In this document: positions 25,101 to 39,674 of the stretch, piece by piece
Position numbering within the stretch: position 1 is the first letter of the stretch
Layout of the letters: every line of letters starts with the position of its first letter
DNA from: Laetmonice hystrix
Lineage: Eukaryota
DNA length: 64,000 nucleotides
Assembly (NCBI GenBank): GCA_965235115.1
Contig: OZ249441.1
Coordinates: forward strand, 31,310,001 to 31,374,000
Direction of reading: 5' to 3'
The notes under the pieces: generated by a model
The model's database searches: none
The model's input: only the letters and a program-made list of their open reading frames with translations
What the model was told of the DNA's origin: nothing
Translations under genes and position numbers: made by a program

Positions 25101-27699
25101 ATTACAATCAGCCGAGCCCGATCTCTTGGGATGCTGAGTAAGCCCCCCCCCCCCCCCCCCCCCGAAAAAATACAGGGTTATCATGTCAGCCATTAACATT
25201 TCTGAAAGTTTGTCTTTTTATGTTTCATAATGAATTTCCTGAAACTTTAGTCAATTTACTAACAACACTAGCCGGTCATCATAATAGTAGGGCACAAGCG
25301 CCTCCAAATGGGATTTAGAAGCTTAATCTCATCTGACTGTCATGATGGGCACTGTAGGCATTCAAGAGCAAGATAATTTTAACTTCGATCTAGCCACCCG
25401 GGGTATAAAGAAAGGTACTTATTGCAGAGGATCGGCCCAGTGTCGTGTTTTGAAGGGGGATACAGGTGAATTTGAATAAATCAACTACACTAACTCGTAG
25501 TTAGGTTACCACTGACTCTCGACTGGCGCGTAAACTTAACGGTAAATTTCAACAACATGGTCGCAGACACAGAACCCCATGCAGTGAATAAAACGTGTCT
25601 TCATTCAGAAGTCTTTGTTTGACTGTCAGGACATGTAACAAAAATAATACGGAAACTCGTGTATTCTGACAGGTAAACAGATTTGGTTTGGACCAACTCC
25701 CGGTCACTGGATGGAAGCAAAGATGCGGGGAGAGGCTGCCTGAGAGACAATCGTATTGAGAAGCGAAGTTGGTAGTGTATAAATTGTAGGCAATTGAGAA
25801 TTGTAACGTCACTGTACCTTTCATAAAGAGTATAGCCTTCGCTCCACGGACTGGTGTTCAGCCAACAGTCCATAATGTACGGTGAAATGAAATACCTCCT
25901 AAGGTTTAACCATGATTTTGGATGGATGTGGTAATCAGTCAGCTCACGTTACTTGGACAGTTGCTCCAGACATGTTCGTGTTTTATCTGAATTCATCGGA
26001 AAGCAGATTGGTACTTCCATACGGTATTATGAAGGATCCCTGTGTGATGACAATCCCTCTAAATTATTACATGACTAATGTCAGGTAGACAACAATCATT
26101 TGTCTGCCCTTTTCGATGATAGTTTCGTTTATTTAACTATAATAGTTTAATTACAAAACAGTGTTTTCCAGGTTCCAGCGGAAAAAAATCCGAACTACAT
26201 GTATATCGGCGACATTTTAGCGGCATGCACATTCGCCAAATGCGAATCTACAACAGGTGCTCGATCTAACGCACTGATAAAATAGATATGAGAGAATTCC
26301 CATACTTCTCTCCCCCGAGGATACCCCAGCCTTCTCTCATCCCATTTAAGATTAATGTATCTATGTAATTAATTAATGACAGCGGGCTGTCATGGTTAAT
26401 CCCGGTTAGAGACAGCCGTACCCTGTGATCGACCTGCGGGCGCTACTGGCGACATGTGACGCACGGTTTCTACATTTACCGCCTTATTGACATTGGTGAC
26501 CTTGGTTGGACGCGCTGTCCTCCCCGCCAATAAACAATGCCCCTTGCCGGTAGGACAAATCTGATTGGCACCGGGCACTGTACGCACAGAGAAACTGGGA
26601 CGGCTACCTACATAGACTGTTCGTGGGAGTTTCCAGGAACAGACGGCAAGACTGAAATAATTAGGTACGGAAAACTGGTTCCAGCATTACGAAAAAAATG
26701 TTCCATAATCAATTCAAGGAAGCTATCTCATGTGCACAATAACTATGTTTTTCGGAGAATAACCCCACCTTAGACGCGTCCGAAAAACTGTTCCAGCACT
26801 TGACTCTATGTGAATACTTACCACACGCACGTGCACGTTCACAAAATATCAAAATATGCACACTAATATCAGTGGATCAATAAAATCTGTATAATACTTA
26901 TGACCTTTTTGGTGGGAAGGAGAGGGGGGTCGTTCTGCCGCTCGCCACATTAGCATACTGATGCCTTACCCCGCTCGCCCATGTCCACTGAACGGTTAAT
27001 GAAGCGTCTGCAGCACAAATTGGGAGCCATGAACGCGGCAACATTTGCTGCCAGTTCCTGCTGCCTGTCCACCCACACCTCCACTCATCACCGGTCATAC
27101 TTCCAGTTTACACGGGCTTCCACCGCCCGACAGCAGCGCCCTCTGTACACATGGCTTGCAATCTCCATCTCCAGCCTCCCACTCACTAAAAAACACACGT
27201 TTCTTACTACAAATATATGTATTTAAGGAAAAAAAGGATAAATTTACAAACACATAAAAATACAGGCGGGGAATGATATTCTCATGTGTCAGAAGGCAGA
27301 GAGAGGGTTGAATGGATACGTCTAGAATCAAACCTGCCTGGACGAATGGCTTTTCTATTCATTATGAGAAGGGGCGTTGGAACGGCTCAGGGATAATCAC
27401 ATCTAGCCTGACGCATAGCCTGAAGGATGGGTATGGGGCTTGTCCGGAGCCACTGTACCAGGAGGGTTCCAACCCCCTCCCGTCTCTATAACTGCCGATA
27501 CCAGAGTCATTCTCTACCATATTCATGTAGCATGTAGAGTCGTTTCTAAGTTGTCTAACAACCGGACATTGTCAGGCGGCTCCCTGGATTCATTCAAATT
27601 ACATTAGTTGGGCAGGACATAAATATGCAAGTTTCAAGTTTCAGTTAGGATCCTGATCGACACAGCGGCCTTCCTTACTGTACGACCTTTTCTCATCGG

Positions 27700-28700
27700 A
27701 TACTGTCTTCTACTTCGTGCCCGCGGTAGTCCCACATTGTGGACAGAAAGGTACAGATCGTGCTTCTTCCCATAAATTGTATTTAAACAAACCAGCTATT
27801 CATTACCGGGTACCTTTGTTCGTCCAATTGTACTGTGAGCGAGATTTTCACGCTGCAGATGTTTTTCGCTACCAAAGAGGGCGATGTCCTATCCACTAAG
27901 ACAGTCGGTTGCTATGGAAACTGTTGGTGTCAATTTTGATTTTTTTTATTTGGGAGATGCCAAAGCTCCGCACTGAAGCTGCATTGTGCATCACAGCCCT
28001 GTGGCTTCCTATCAAAATGTGGCAATTTTATGAAAGTCAGCCTTGCAAAGACGATCAATCTACCTCAACACACTATCTTTACATCCCCTACAGACCTATT
28101 TGTCTGGGCACAGGCAATCTTATGAGAAATTAGTTTTGAATACAGATCCCAAAATGGGGGTATTCTTATGCAATAAGCTGTGGGCAGCCGCCTTGAATGT
28201 TGCTGGCAGGACGGGCGGCCCTGACCTGCATCCGCAAGCAGGGAAGCCTGTGCTCAAATAGGGCAGACTTCGATAAATCAAGCCCTTAGCCCTGTCTTGC
28301 TGAAGTCACACTGCTGTATAACTCAGCACCAACCCGATACCTTCTTATGGCAGTTCCACCGATTTGTGAAGAAGAAGCGGGTGGCTTCCACCGGGCTCTA
28401 TCGGCTGGCAGACAGAGCAGCGGTGGTCAGTGACCAGGTCCATCGTCCCTAAGTAGGTGACGAAATCACACGGGTGGCATTTGCATCTGAGAGGACACCC
28501 CACCCCCCTCTTCCTCGGTCCTCGTGAAAATGCAAAGAACCCTGGGAGATGTTGAGAGAGACGGCTGCTGCTTTCCATTAAGATACATTGGTAATGCAGG
28601 GTGGTCTAATTCCGCACCTGACAGGAGTATGGGAACTGACTGATGGTAAGATTGGCGCTCTGCCTGCCTTATAAACTGCTACCCGAAAATACCATGCCCT
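27700..28700 (-). mobile_element. Decayed RTE-clade LINE, 3' part of RT and C-terminus
   Basis: Collinear motifs: NLTIS, DFVTYLG (28447-28467), KGLIYRSL (28264-28287), stop-WIGH (27884-27898), then a CPQC motif. Confidence 0.6.
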
Positions 28701-30189
28701 AATAGAGTGAAATTCAGATTCCCATCACATGGATATAAAACCTTAACAATGAATATAAATCCCTAAATTATGCACAATTCATGCAGGAACGGACTGAATA
28801 TAGAATGATTGTATAGGCAGATGTAGCCCAGCATGTCTTATTGCCGCAAACATGTACTCGTCGATCTACTCTGGAGCATGCTTTACACAGCAGTACTTCC
28901 AAGATAGCACCAATGTGACTACTTACTTAGTAGCCACTCAGACTTTATGCAAATATATGCAATCCATAATCAGATTTCCTACGTCTTACGAAAAAGATAG
29001 TTAGGCCTACACGCATGTGAGTGAGTAAAAAAAAGTTAGGTTACAAATGTTATCTACGGGTCTTATTAGCTGTTACCTAACAATTCTGTTCATGACCTTC
29101 GATGGAGTGGTTTGAAAACATTTTGAAGATATCAATCCCTGTATTCGTATCGTATCCTTGACATGACAAGGGTCCACTGATCTCACTAACCATAAAATTC
29201 CAGGAAACAAGTCGGTACCTCATAGCTGAATGTATTTATTCCAGCGGCTTTTTGGGAACTGTCTCACCGCCAGACAATTTTATGAATACCTATATAAAAG
29301 CATTTCCTATTTCCTGTCCGTGGACATTATTATGGAGGACACGGACGTATATTCTGACCTACTTGGCTGGTTTCCATGGAGATACAACACCTCTATATCC
29401 CACATTAACAGGATGCGACCACATCAACAGGATGACAACAGGATGTCAACAGGTCCGACGTTCATATCCTGGTATAGGTTGGATATGTTTCTCTGCCCAC
29501 ACCACGTCCTGTATGTCCGAGTCGGAATGCTCTAGCAAATTTACCTTCTTGTTGTCAGTGTGTTTGTTGGCATGTTTCTTGTAATATCCTGTAATATCAG
29601 TCAGTGCGACTTTTCAAGGGTTCTCTTAAAGGTGCTATTCGTGAAAAAAAAGTTCAATTTTTTTATTTTTATTTTTGTTGACGTTTATGTGATCCCACCT
29701 ATCATGGAAATAGATTCACAACAAAGGAAATCAAAATTTTTCATGGATAACAGCACAAAAGGGGCTCTCTCAGAAGGCCTGTGGAGACCCTGACACGCCC
29801 CACCATAGGAAATGGCTCTATCTCGGTGCGCACCGAGATAGGTTTCAAATGCTGCACACAAACTAATATCGGTTTATCAGGCCAATGGTACCGGTAGGAA
29901 TTTTTCTAGTACTATGTGCACAATGTATGATAGGAGAAATGCCATTCTGTGCGAGACGAATAGCACCTTTAATGGATTTCATGGAGAGCCAGCCACCAGT
30001 AAACATATACTTATTTATTTGTTACAAATAAAAATATATCCACGGATAAAGGTACACGACTACCACCTAGAAAGTTCCAGGGAAAATTGTCGAGCCTGAT
30101 CAATAACTCGTAGCGTAGACGATCACCGAGAAAAAACCGGGCGACCTTGGACCTGACTGAAGGGTTTGACAAGTGCTTCCACAGCTGGG

Positions 30190-30387
30190 TTCTACCAAAC
30201 TGGCTTCTACCCTAGCTTATATCGGATGAGAAGGTCTCCCCAACCGGCTTCTAGCCAAACTTATCTGGTGGTGAGAATGTCACCCATGATGGAGCCGAGG
30301 GGCCGACAAATTCTACCCCAGCCAGATTATACCCCAGCTTATCTGCTCCAAAAATGTCACCCATCATGTGAGACGGGAGCTGACAAA
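30190..30387. repeat. Old degenerate tandem repeat of variable unit length
   Basis: TTCTA(C/G)C at 30190, 30205, 30249 and 30311; AATGTCACCCAT(G/C)ATG...GACAAA occurs twice. Confidence 0.5.
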
Positions 30388-30749
30388 TAGTCGGGAGGAA
30401 CAAGTTTTTCCGATATTAGACCACCGACATCTTTCCCAATGTCTTTCCTACCAACATTTTCAGATAACTGCACATAAATTCTCTTATCATCTCCCAATCC
30501 AGCGGGATCCTGCTCTGCCGGTAATAGTGACCGTCTCGATACGACCGTGACTGCTGCTGTCCAGTCGAACATTGGTCTGACATTACGGCTCATTCTTACA
30601 AACGTCAAACGTCTATGGCCCTGACTCCACACTTATCGTTCATCTTTGTTTAATTGCACTTTCTTGTTGAACAACTTATACTGCTGCCATTCTCAGAGGG
30701 AAGTTTACAGCAGCTCATCATCACATATAATTACGTATCTCCTCTCAGC

Positions 30750-31200
30750 CCGTCTAATAAGCTGACCTTGGCTAAGCAGACCCTTTTGATAATCGGATGT
30801 ACTTGCTATGAATAATAGTCTTGCATTTATTACTTCCAAAAAGTGCTTTCCTGGACTAACAGAGCCTTATTTTCCTTGATAAAGGCATTGTTCTGCAAGT
30901 AACTCCTAAAATTCGGAAAGGCCGGATGTAGATAACTCATAGACATTGCCGCCTATCTAAAGATGGGCCAGTAATATACTGGTGCTGTGGTACAGGCAGA
31001 TACTCTATGCATATTAATGACGGACTAATCATTCTCTCAGCCCAAGTCTGACAGGTGCTAACTCAGCACTCTGCCTGTTCCCAGGCGCCCTCATCGCCTC
31101 TTCCTCATTCATGCTGCATATTTTCACCAAGGCCTCATCAGAATAACTACACTCGAAGGAACTTTTTTGCATCAGCTTAAAATACAATACTTCACCGAGT
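30750..31200 (-). mobile_element. Possible CR1-like RT remnant
   Basis: YSDEA (FADD-like), TWAERM (31031-31048) and RILGV (30901-30915) in the expected order. Confidence 0.3.
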
Positions 31201-32399
31201 TGCCATGAGAAAGAGCAGAAGTGTCTCGTGAATAGCTCACATATATACAGGTCGCCTATCTCTCAAGTACGCTACCGAGTTTAATAACTGTACACACATA
31301 CTAACGTCTTACTGTAGTCATTTCACCTAACGCAGTCCACTAAAAGCTAGCCATTTAAATGACTGCTACATGAACAAAAAGGGTAATTCCACGCAACTTC
31401 CTTCCTTGTGATTTGCTTGAGATTTCTGAAAATTCCTTTCCAGATAGGCAATTTTTGAAAAAAAAAGACTGTAGCGGACTTACTTACATAAAATTGGTTA
31501 ATTTTATCCTGCTTGATATTCACGTCACCCCCTCGCGAGGGGCACATAGATCACGGCCTCAAGGTGTGATGGCCAACGAAGCAATTACTCTGTGCGATTG
31601 AATCACGAGATTGGCCATTTCATCAAACCTGCTTACAGCAGAAACAGGCCCGACTTACTCCACACAGAGGTCGAATACAAGGTCGAGTTGGGTCTCGCGT
31701 CTGCCAGTCGAAGTAAACGTTAAGCAAGTCCACATAAACTTTGTTACAGTCTAAAATGACGATTGATCCGTCTGCAGGGTATACAACCAAACGCTGGTTG
31801 ACAAATCAATATGGACTGCGCTTACAACTTGACCGCTTACATCGGCCACCCATGCTGGCTGTCCTCACCAAGATAATCCAATGGCCAAACTTCTCTCTGA
31901 TCCGAGTCCCAGCAAGTACTGGTCCGGATACACTGGTGATAGGTACCGACTATCATGATATCATTTGTTCACAAGAAATCATTTTATGCTCATGTCTGGT
32001 CTTTTTTTTATTATAAAATCATACTCCTCCATCTTACCCAGTGAGATCCTACTGGTTTTTTTTGGTAACGAAGTCGGAATATAAATTCTTAACTCACAAT
32101 GCTTCTTTAAAACAACAGCAACAAGGGACAATGAATGGTAAACGACCTAAGTTTGATCAAATTGAAGTATTTCAGTCACACCTTTAATTTGAATCTGATT
32201 TAAAGACTCATACAATATGCTCTATATGCTGGACGTCTATCTATTGATTAAAATGCACCACTCCACATTTCGCAGATTGCATAGCATGTGTATGACAAAG
32301 AAAACAATACCTACCAATACAGTCCCCTTCCCTACACGACACTTCTGAGTTCATCCATGTTCACACAGCAATTATGTGGTAATCTAATTCTAGGGTCCT

Positions 32400-32760
32400 A
32401 CCCCCACCCCCACCCGACAAAAAATACTTTCCACTTGTAGCCCATTGATTGGATGTGAAACAATTGTCCGTGCACGGAGAGAACAGACGAACCCTCAGAA
32501 TGGATTTGTTACCCTGTAAATCTAATAAAGAGACAAGTACCATTAACATCGATTCACCTCGCACGGATGGCGGCAGACATGGTGACCTTTACATTTCTAC
32601 CACGTTTCCGATCCAACCCGGTTGTTAGCCGGGTGTTAAATCTCGGCTGGGAAAGGTCCACATGATTTCTCCTCGACCAGCACATAAGGAATTTTTTCAA
32701 TAACTCCATATCATCCTTCCTTCTACTCAAATAGCCATATCCCGACTCGTTTTCCTTCCT
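32400..32760 (-). mobile_element. Possible Tx1/L1 RT N-terminal remnant
   Basis: GVIEKIP, RGRN and VSLLDLQ loosely follow the GxIxLIPK, GRxI and LLSLD order; very weak. Confidence 0.2.
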
Positions 32761-35700
32761 CATTGATTATCTGCTCATTAATCTATTTCACCAGTGAATG
32801 GCCATGACAAAAATCTAGCCACATTAAAACAATGAGAATAGATTTACAATTAAAGGCGCAACGAGAGAAATATTTCCTTCTCTAGAGGACGCCTCTGGGA
32901 ACAAGATAGTCACTTAATGAATCACCTTACACCTTGCTTATATTACAAGGGAAAGATGCATTCACGGAAAAAATCATTATCAAAAATCTTTAAAACGGCT
33001 CCACCTAAGATGCCCATGGGAAGAGGATAGCTAGAACTGCTTCAGACGTGGCAGATACAGACACTCTGAGGACAAAGTAAATGAGAATGGTCTGTTTCTT
33101 TTTGAATAAATGTAGAACGAAGACGAGAAGAGATGTGGTAGGCCTATAAATAATTGATATCAGGAATGCTCCTTGTTCTTCAGTGCAGCCTCTTTGTTGT
33201 CTCAATGCCTAAAGTATGGTTCAGGGTCTTGGCCATGCGTGGGATATAGGGATGGGGTAGAAAAGAAGACTTTGTCATAAAAGTATGCATAAAGGGCATA
33301 ACACTGTGATTGAAAAGGGTTACATTCGTTCAGAATTTTACTTTCCAAGATAAACATTTAGGAGAGAGCTAGGCTTATAGAGGGGTGAAAGTGTCAGCGT
33401 TCACCAAGGACGTCATCCAGTCAAATGCAATAGATCTAAATATATTACTGTAATCAGTACCACTTTGCAATTGGCAGACAAAATGTATTAAATAATAGGT
33501 CCTAGGCGTTTTGGGATGGCAAAACTTTGTCTAGACAGTCCTCGCCAGACGTGTGTGGGCAATTCAGAAAATCACGGAAAATGAATCTACACATTGCTAA
33601 ACGATGCGCGCTACATTCAATCTCCTTTTCCGATGTAACTGAGTAATTTTTGGTACCCTGCATGGTGAGATGGTTGATCGTGGCTTTCACACTTCGTACC
33701 GACATCACATTCTGCACCTTGTAATATGGCGCTTTCGACCCAGCGTAGGGACGTGATGCACTGTCGCGTAACAAGGTTCGATGTGCTCGCAGGAGCTGGG
33801 AACGAAGTGATCCAGTAATGGCACTCAGCAACTCACTTCTTCAGCATCCATCAGCGCAAACAGCTACCAACACGCCCGCTCTTTCCGAGCAATTTCATTT
33901 CCCAGCTACATTTCATCCGTGCCATCAATCTGTATTTTAGTTGTGATGTATTGTGACATCACATGTAATGAGGCTGACCTGTGATGCTGGCAAACTTTCC
34001 ACTCCTGCTCCCACCCGCCACACGCCGTGATAAAGGCAAGCCCGGTGAACAGACTCCCCGCAATGAACTTCCTTCGACAGACAATTTCTTGGCCCATTGC
34101 CTCCTGTGCCAGGGCCATTACATCACTGCGTCAGCTCTACAGCTCCAGATAGACAGGTACTTGTGTTTCGTTCTCATCTAAGTTCTCTATTTGTATGGTC
34201 AGGCTCCGCCCCATTTACACAAAGCTCTGAGGCAGCAGGCAGCCATTGAGACCGGGGTAAATAAGCGCAGCTTCCAGACTGATGTGAATGGACGGCGGTT
34301 TTGTATGGCCATTAATGGTACATAAATTTGAGAGCAACGGAAACGGCTGGTTAATGTTTTGCAGCAAAAAGTAACGATGGTGAACACCTTTATTAATTGT
34401 CTAGAAATTCCGATATTCTTACATGCAAGTATGAAAATGACATATTAATTTCATCACACAATCATTTACATCAGTCTGACATAAATAAGGTTACCTCCAG
34501 ACAACTTACCGCTTGGAAGTATTTAATCTAAGAGAAAAGACATCACTGAGATTAGAAGTAACATTACACACGAACTCCCGAAATTTTACTTGAGCAACGC
34601 CTTTTCTTGGGACCTGTACTAATCACAGATATATAAATACACACTCAACATGAGCATAAGTCAGTAATACCAACCAACGACTGAATTGGAAATAGTTCCC
34701 AGGCTGGGTATGCTCTATTTTGGAATGATATAGAACATCCGAGGGACGAGCATGGCCGAGAAAGGACGGCTATAGGTACGGGGTGCCTACCGTTTACAGC
34801 CTTCCTGCTTACTTTCCCATTTATTCTGCGTTTTGCAGAGTCTTTTTTTTAATGTTTCTGTTTACAACCTTCTCCTCCTGGAAAGAGCGTTCGAAGCAGA
34901 TCAGAGGACAAATCAGGACATCTTTATCTAAGGCCGCGTCTGGGCTTCAAATATCGGCTCCCTCCGATAAGGGTTCTAATGGGTCTGTTGGGGACACACA
35001 CGCCTCACACAGCTGCCCCTTAGTGGATAAATTCTGGGCTCAAGTGGGAGCTCCTTACAACATGGCGATTGTCTGTGGTTCTGACTAACGTCCTTGTCCT
35101 TGTCATTGGTACCGGATGTAAACTATTTCTATAAATCAACCATTCCTGACGTATAGCTCCTCCCGAATTATTCATATTTAATTGACAAAATACAGGGAAC
35201 ATATATAATTGGGACACTAATGAATACAGATTGTTATGACACTGTGCCAACATTCCATTATACCTCGACTTCTTATATTAATATGAACGATGTATAGATG
35301 ATCCTGTTTAGGATTATCTTCAAACCCACGCTGTAAATATCTTGATACGAAACGGCACTGATGCTAAGGAGACTTGGCTTGTAAATCTCTAATCCTTCTG
35401 CACCCCAACTAAATCCTCTACCAACTGAAATTACTTCCCCAGTTACAGATAAAGTATTTTCAGATGTAATAAAATAATACCCCGGGTCAATCGGTCAATT
35501 TGGCAAGGGAATCTGCTGATAGGCAGTAATTATGTTGTGGTTGGACGCAGTGAATGTTGCGAAATCAAGCTAACCTAATTGTCCTGGAGCCTGTGAGGAG
35601 GGAGGTCCTAATATTATAACATTAGAAACTGTCCACCGGCCTCCACCTCCTGTGACGGCTTGGTCAGATGTGGGAGGCAGTTTGTACCCTCACTACATTC

Positions 35701-36345
35701 TGCTCGAGGACTTGGCCGCCGAGTGTCCTGGCTCATCCACAGCTGTGGGACCCTGCAGCAGGGGGTACTACTGATGAAGTGGACTTTCTACCAAGAGCCA
35801 AGGCAGGCAGCCTGCCCCACGCCCCAATCACCTTAAACTATTGATCTGTAAATTGATGAGTTAACGATAGAACGATGGGGACTACTAGAGCAGGGCCACG
35901 AACGTCAGTGGGGCGGTCCCGGGGTGCAAGGACCCGGGTTTCTGGTCACAGTCCTTCCTCCTAACTTCTCTCATTCCCCGATTGATCTGTCACATCAAAC
36001 CATGCCCTTCAATAGGGAATCTCCAGTCGTATCTCGAGGGAGATGGGCAGGAATATTGCTTTTCCTTTCAGAACTCCGCATTTCGTGGAGCGACTCGGTG
36101 AGCCTCGTGACAGACCCGAGGACCTGCTAACCTTGCGGTTATGGCTGCCTGGCCAGGCCGGGGCCCTCATGGCCAAGTCTTCTACTTACATTATGAGGCC
36201 AAACAAGTTCCCGTGATTAAACAATGGCCTCTCAATCACCTCAGACACTTTAAATTACGAAAGTTCCCTGAGGTCCGGTACGATGCTATTAGAACGCGAC
36301 AGTCCTAACAGAGACAGCCCTAACAAAGCAAATGACCTCACAATG

Positions 36346-36374
36346 CTCTCTCTCTCTCTCTCTCTCCCTCTCTC
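36346..36374. repeat. (CT)n microsatellite
   Basis: About 14 CT units with one interruption. Confidence 0.9.
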
Positions 36375-38699
36375 TTCAGCAGCACCCAATGCTTTAGTGA
36401 CAAGTCTGAATCCACTTAACAAATGTTGTCTTCCGTTGAATTGTTGAGCAGATATATCATAATGCAGAGAATGACATTCATGACAAACTGCTGCATATTT
36501 GAGAAAGAAACTGTCAAAATGAGCCCAACACGGCTTCATCATTAAACCCCCAGTTCGTGCTGCAAAAGTAAGGTGCAAATGACTGAGCACCTGGGTATGC
36601 TTTCCGATGGCTAAATGTGGGCAGTACATTTTGGTATATTTCTTGTTGGGGTCTCTATGCTAGCTAAAACAGCTACTGTGAATATAGCAGCCACGTCCAA
36701 CTGAGATAAAACCTCTCGTTTATGTTGGTGAGGTTGGGATAGGACGTGGGATGTCGAGGGTAGGTGTGTAGCGGGATGGGTTCAGGCAATGCCGGAGGCA
36801 GGGTTGTCCCTGGAATTGGCCTCCCCAGTGTGGCCTATCCAGGGGGCGTCACTCCATTTGGTCAGTACCCTTGTGGGTGCCAGTAGTGCCGCGAGCTGTG
36901 ATTGCAACTGCTGCATGACAAACCAGCAGGAACCTTGGCCTTCATGCCATCTGCGGCTCTGCAGGCATTATCACAGGCTTCATCAGGAGATGGCAACCCA
37001 AGAAGTAGGACAGCAACTCGAACTTAAGCCATCACTCCTCAGCCTCGGACCCTCTTCCTGCCGCCGTCGGCGCCCCCCATGCCAACCTCATCTTCTCCAG
37101 CATCACTTCGCATCACTTCACAGATGCAGACCAGGACATCGCCATGCTGGCGTTGCTGATCGTCTCTGACAGCTTCCCGTGTTTCTCTAGCTCCCGTGCA
37201 GCAGATCTAAAGTTTCAGGCTGTAATCGAACAGCAGAGAACATTAGCCCACCAGTCAGACGGATGTTGCGCTGATACCGTAATAAATGGAACCTCCATGT
37301 CATTGTGTGAAGGCCAGGAGCCATGTGTTAAGGCTCCCCAATAGGATCAACTCGGAGGAGACAGAATCTTGCTTGACCTGCTTTCAGATCAACTGCACTA
37401 AAATAGAGAGTGCATATCCTTGTTAAAGGGCAGGGACTACGTGAAACAATACATTATTAGGACACATAGGTAATCCTCAGCCACTTAGATGCGGATTTTG
37501 GTATTTTATTTCCGTTCACCTTCTTTTCTTCCTTTTTTTCTTCAAAAGCAAGGGCTGGTTTAATATTTTGAATTATAAAATGTTCAAACGGTTGCCTGTC
37601 ATTTTCAATGAATTGTTCATCTTGCTGGGGGATAACAAAATACCGGAAACAATCAAATCTAATGTTAGCAGGTCTCGGGGCCTAATGTATTGTACCAGAT
37701 TACATTTTGGCGGGCTTGAGGGTTGTATGTTGGTGTCAAATACGACAGAAGAGGAGGAAGAATGACGACTACGTCACGTTCAACTGACACATATTGCCTA
37801 TAAAATACTCTGCCTTCCTTAACAACTTATCCAGGATAATGGTGCGTTGCTCTTTATAGCTGGTAAAATGGGCTCCCTCAACTACTATATTTTTGTTCAT
37901 TCAGTAGAACCACCCATTTACGTACAAAATGGCAGTCAAGAGTAAATCCAGGTTTGATGCAAGAGACTGGGCTGGGACCTGACCTTTGCATAATTTCCAC
38001 ATAAACTATAGGCATAAAGCCGCTCTGCTAAGGTGAGGAGCAATAGAAACAACGTGTTTTATTTCCACCGATTTCATAACGTTTAGAAATTATCCTCCCT
38101 ACTAAATGCCATATTAATCGTCAAGAATCAACACCTAATTATGGAGAGGGAAACAACCCTGAGAGGTGCACCACTCCGCCCCGAATGGTGTCCTCTCTCC
38201 CTTCTGTGGGAATGATGCCGACAAATAACGCGCCCTTATCATAGATGTAATACGTGTAGGGAGCGTGTGTGGTGGCTGGCGGGAATAACGATCCAATGTG
38301 TCATTGTCAGGGGTTGACAACTGGAAGCCGCCTGCTCCAACATGAGACCATCTGCTTTTACCAGGTGTCGATACAGATATATTGCCCATGTAAGAGTTCC
38401 GCAGCCGGGGCTGCCCCGCCGGCAATGCCAGACATGTTCATGAATATCTGACACTATATACCACACCATTATGATGTTTCCTGTGCAGGGTGTAATACCT
38501 GGGATATATCATTGGTAATTACTGAGTCCGCGGTATTCTAACAGGAAGCTGCAGATATTCAATTTGATTCCATCATGAGACCTGACACAATACTTAAAAA
38601 TGCGGCCCTGGTCTATCGTCACGATGAGGAAACATAGTCCGAGGTCCTAAGTTACCAAATCAGTGAAGAGCGTAGAACCGAGAATGAACATACCTTGTC

Positions 38700-39050
38700 A
38701 TTGTCCACGGTCTTCATTTTGAAGCTGCCTTTTAACAAATTTGCACTCGCTAAATATCACATTCTGAAATAAGCCTAGATCCATCAGAATTAGACAAGCA
38801 ATGAGAAGAACCGCATGTCAGTATTTACATTCGCAGGATCAAAGTTCTCTTCGTTTGCACACAAACACAATAATGGATGCATCATCGGTACATCAATATA
38901 CACTCTATACATAAAAGAAGACATCCTTTCATTACCTGTCTGGCTTGTTTCCAAACCCTCCCAGGAAATTCCTTCCAAATCACCTCCAATGTTCCCCCAT
39001 GCCCTGGGGATGTTTTGTTGATAACTAAAAAGTGTCCCGTTTGGAAGGCT
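38700..39050 (-). mobile_element. Possible Tx1/L1 C-terminal (zf-RVT-like) remnant
   Basis: FMYRV...PLLCLCANEENFD (about 38840-38920) resembles the FxYKxLH...CxxC...ET motif. Confidence 0.3.
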
Positions 39051-39674
39051 TCTGCCTAGGCGCCTGCTCCCAAATTCCGTGAGATACCTTAAACATGACC
39101 GATCTATAGACGATTTTGTTCGGAGGAGGGTCGTTTGTTTCCCTCTGGGTCAAAGTTAATGTCCCCATTAGGTGTTATTTGCTCCCATAGGGTGCTCCAG
39201 CCAGACCCTCAAACGCACACGTGTGCGCATAATGAAGAGGTAAATTTGCATAGGTTCTGTATCTTCTCCCCTGTGACCAGCCGGGTCTGCACAATGTCTG
39301 AACATGAAGACATTGTGGGCAACGTACGTCGCTATGGGCTGTCTCAGTCCGGGACAGACCTGTTTCGGCTGTTGGAATCACGCCATCATTGACACCAAGG
39401 CAGGATCTAAAGGCTGCCAGCTCGCTCGGATGTTATACCCTGATTCATACTGAGACGGTGGTGTGACCGCTGACCTGAGACACTGGTATGACACTATATA
39501 TTGACGGGTTCATTACATCTTCTGTAATCATGGAATACGGGTCGGTTTCTCTTTGTGGATAACTGGACCCTGGTGTCAAAACCAGCCAGCCAGCCAGCCT
39601 TGTCAGGGCTTGATCTCCATGACCCTATAACATGGTGACTATGTTGTTCCCAGGTCATCCTCCCACTTGGGAAT

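Noticed and set aside
31118-31143. Minus-strand CUGAUGAGGCC...GAAA
   Set aside because: Stem II does not pair properly and no stem III or UH site follows.
33502-34118. Minus-strand ORF fragments (AGVLVAVC, YYKVQNVM) hinting at KDZ or YqaJ proteins
   Set aside because: The motif resemblances point to different families and are too weak to call.
36255-37344. GC-rich ORFs, possibly a Harbinger or Myb-like relic
   Set aside because: Multiple stops and no diagnostic motif in a consistent frame.
38135-38469. Region open in several frames
   Set aside because: No recognisable domain or splice signals; short ORFs of this length are expected by chance.
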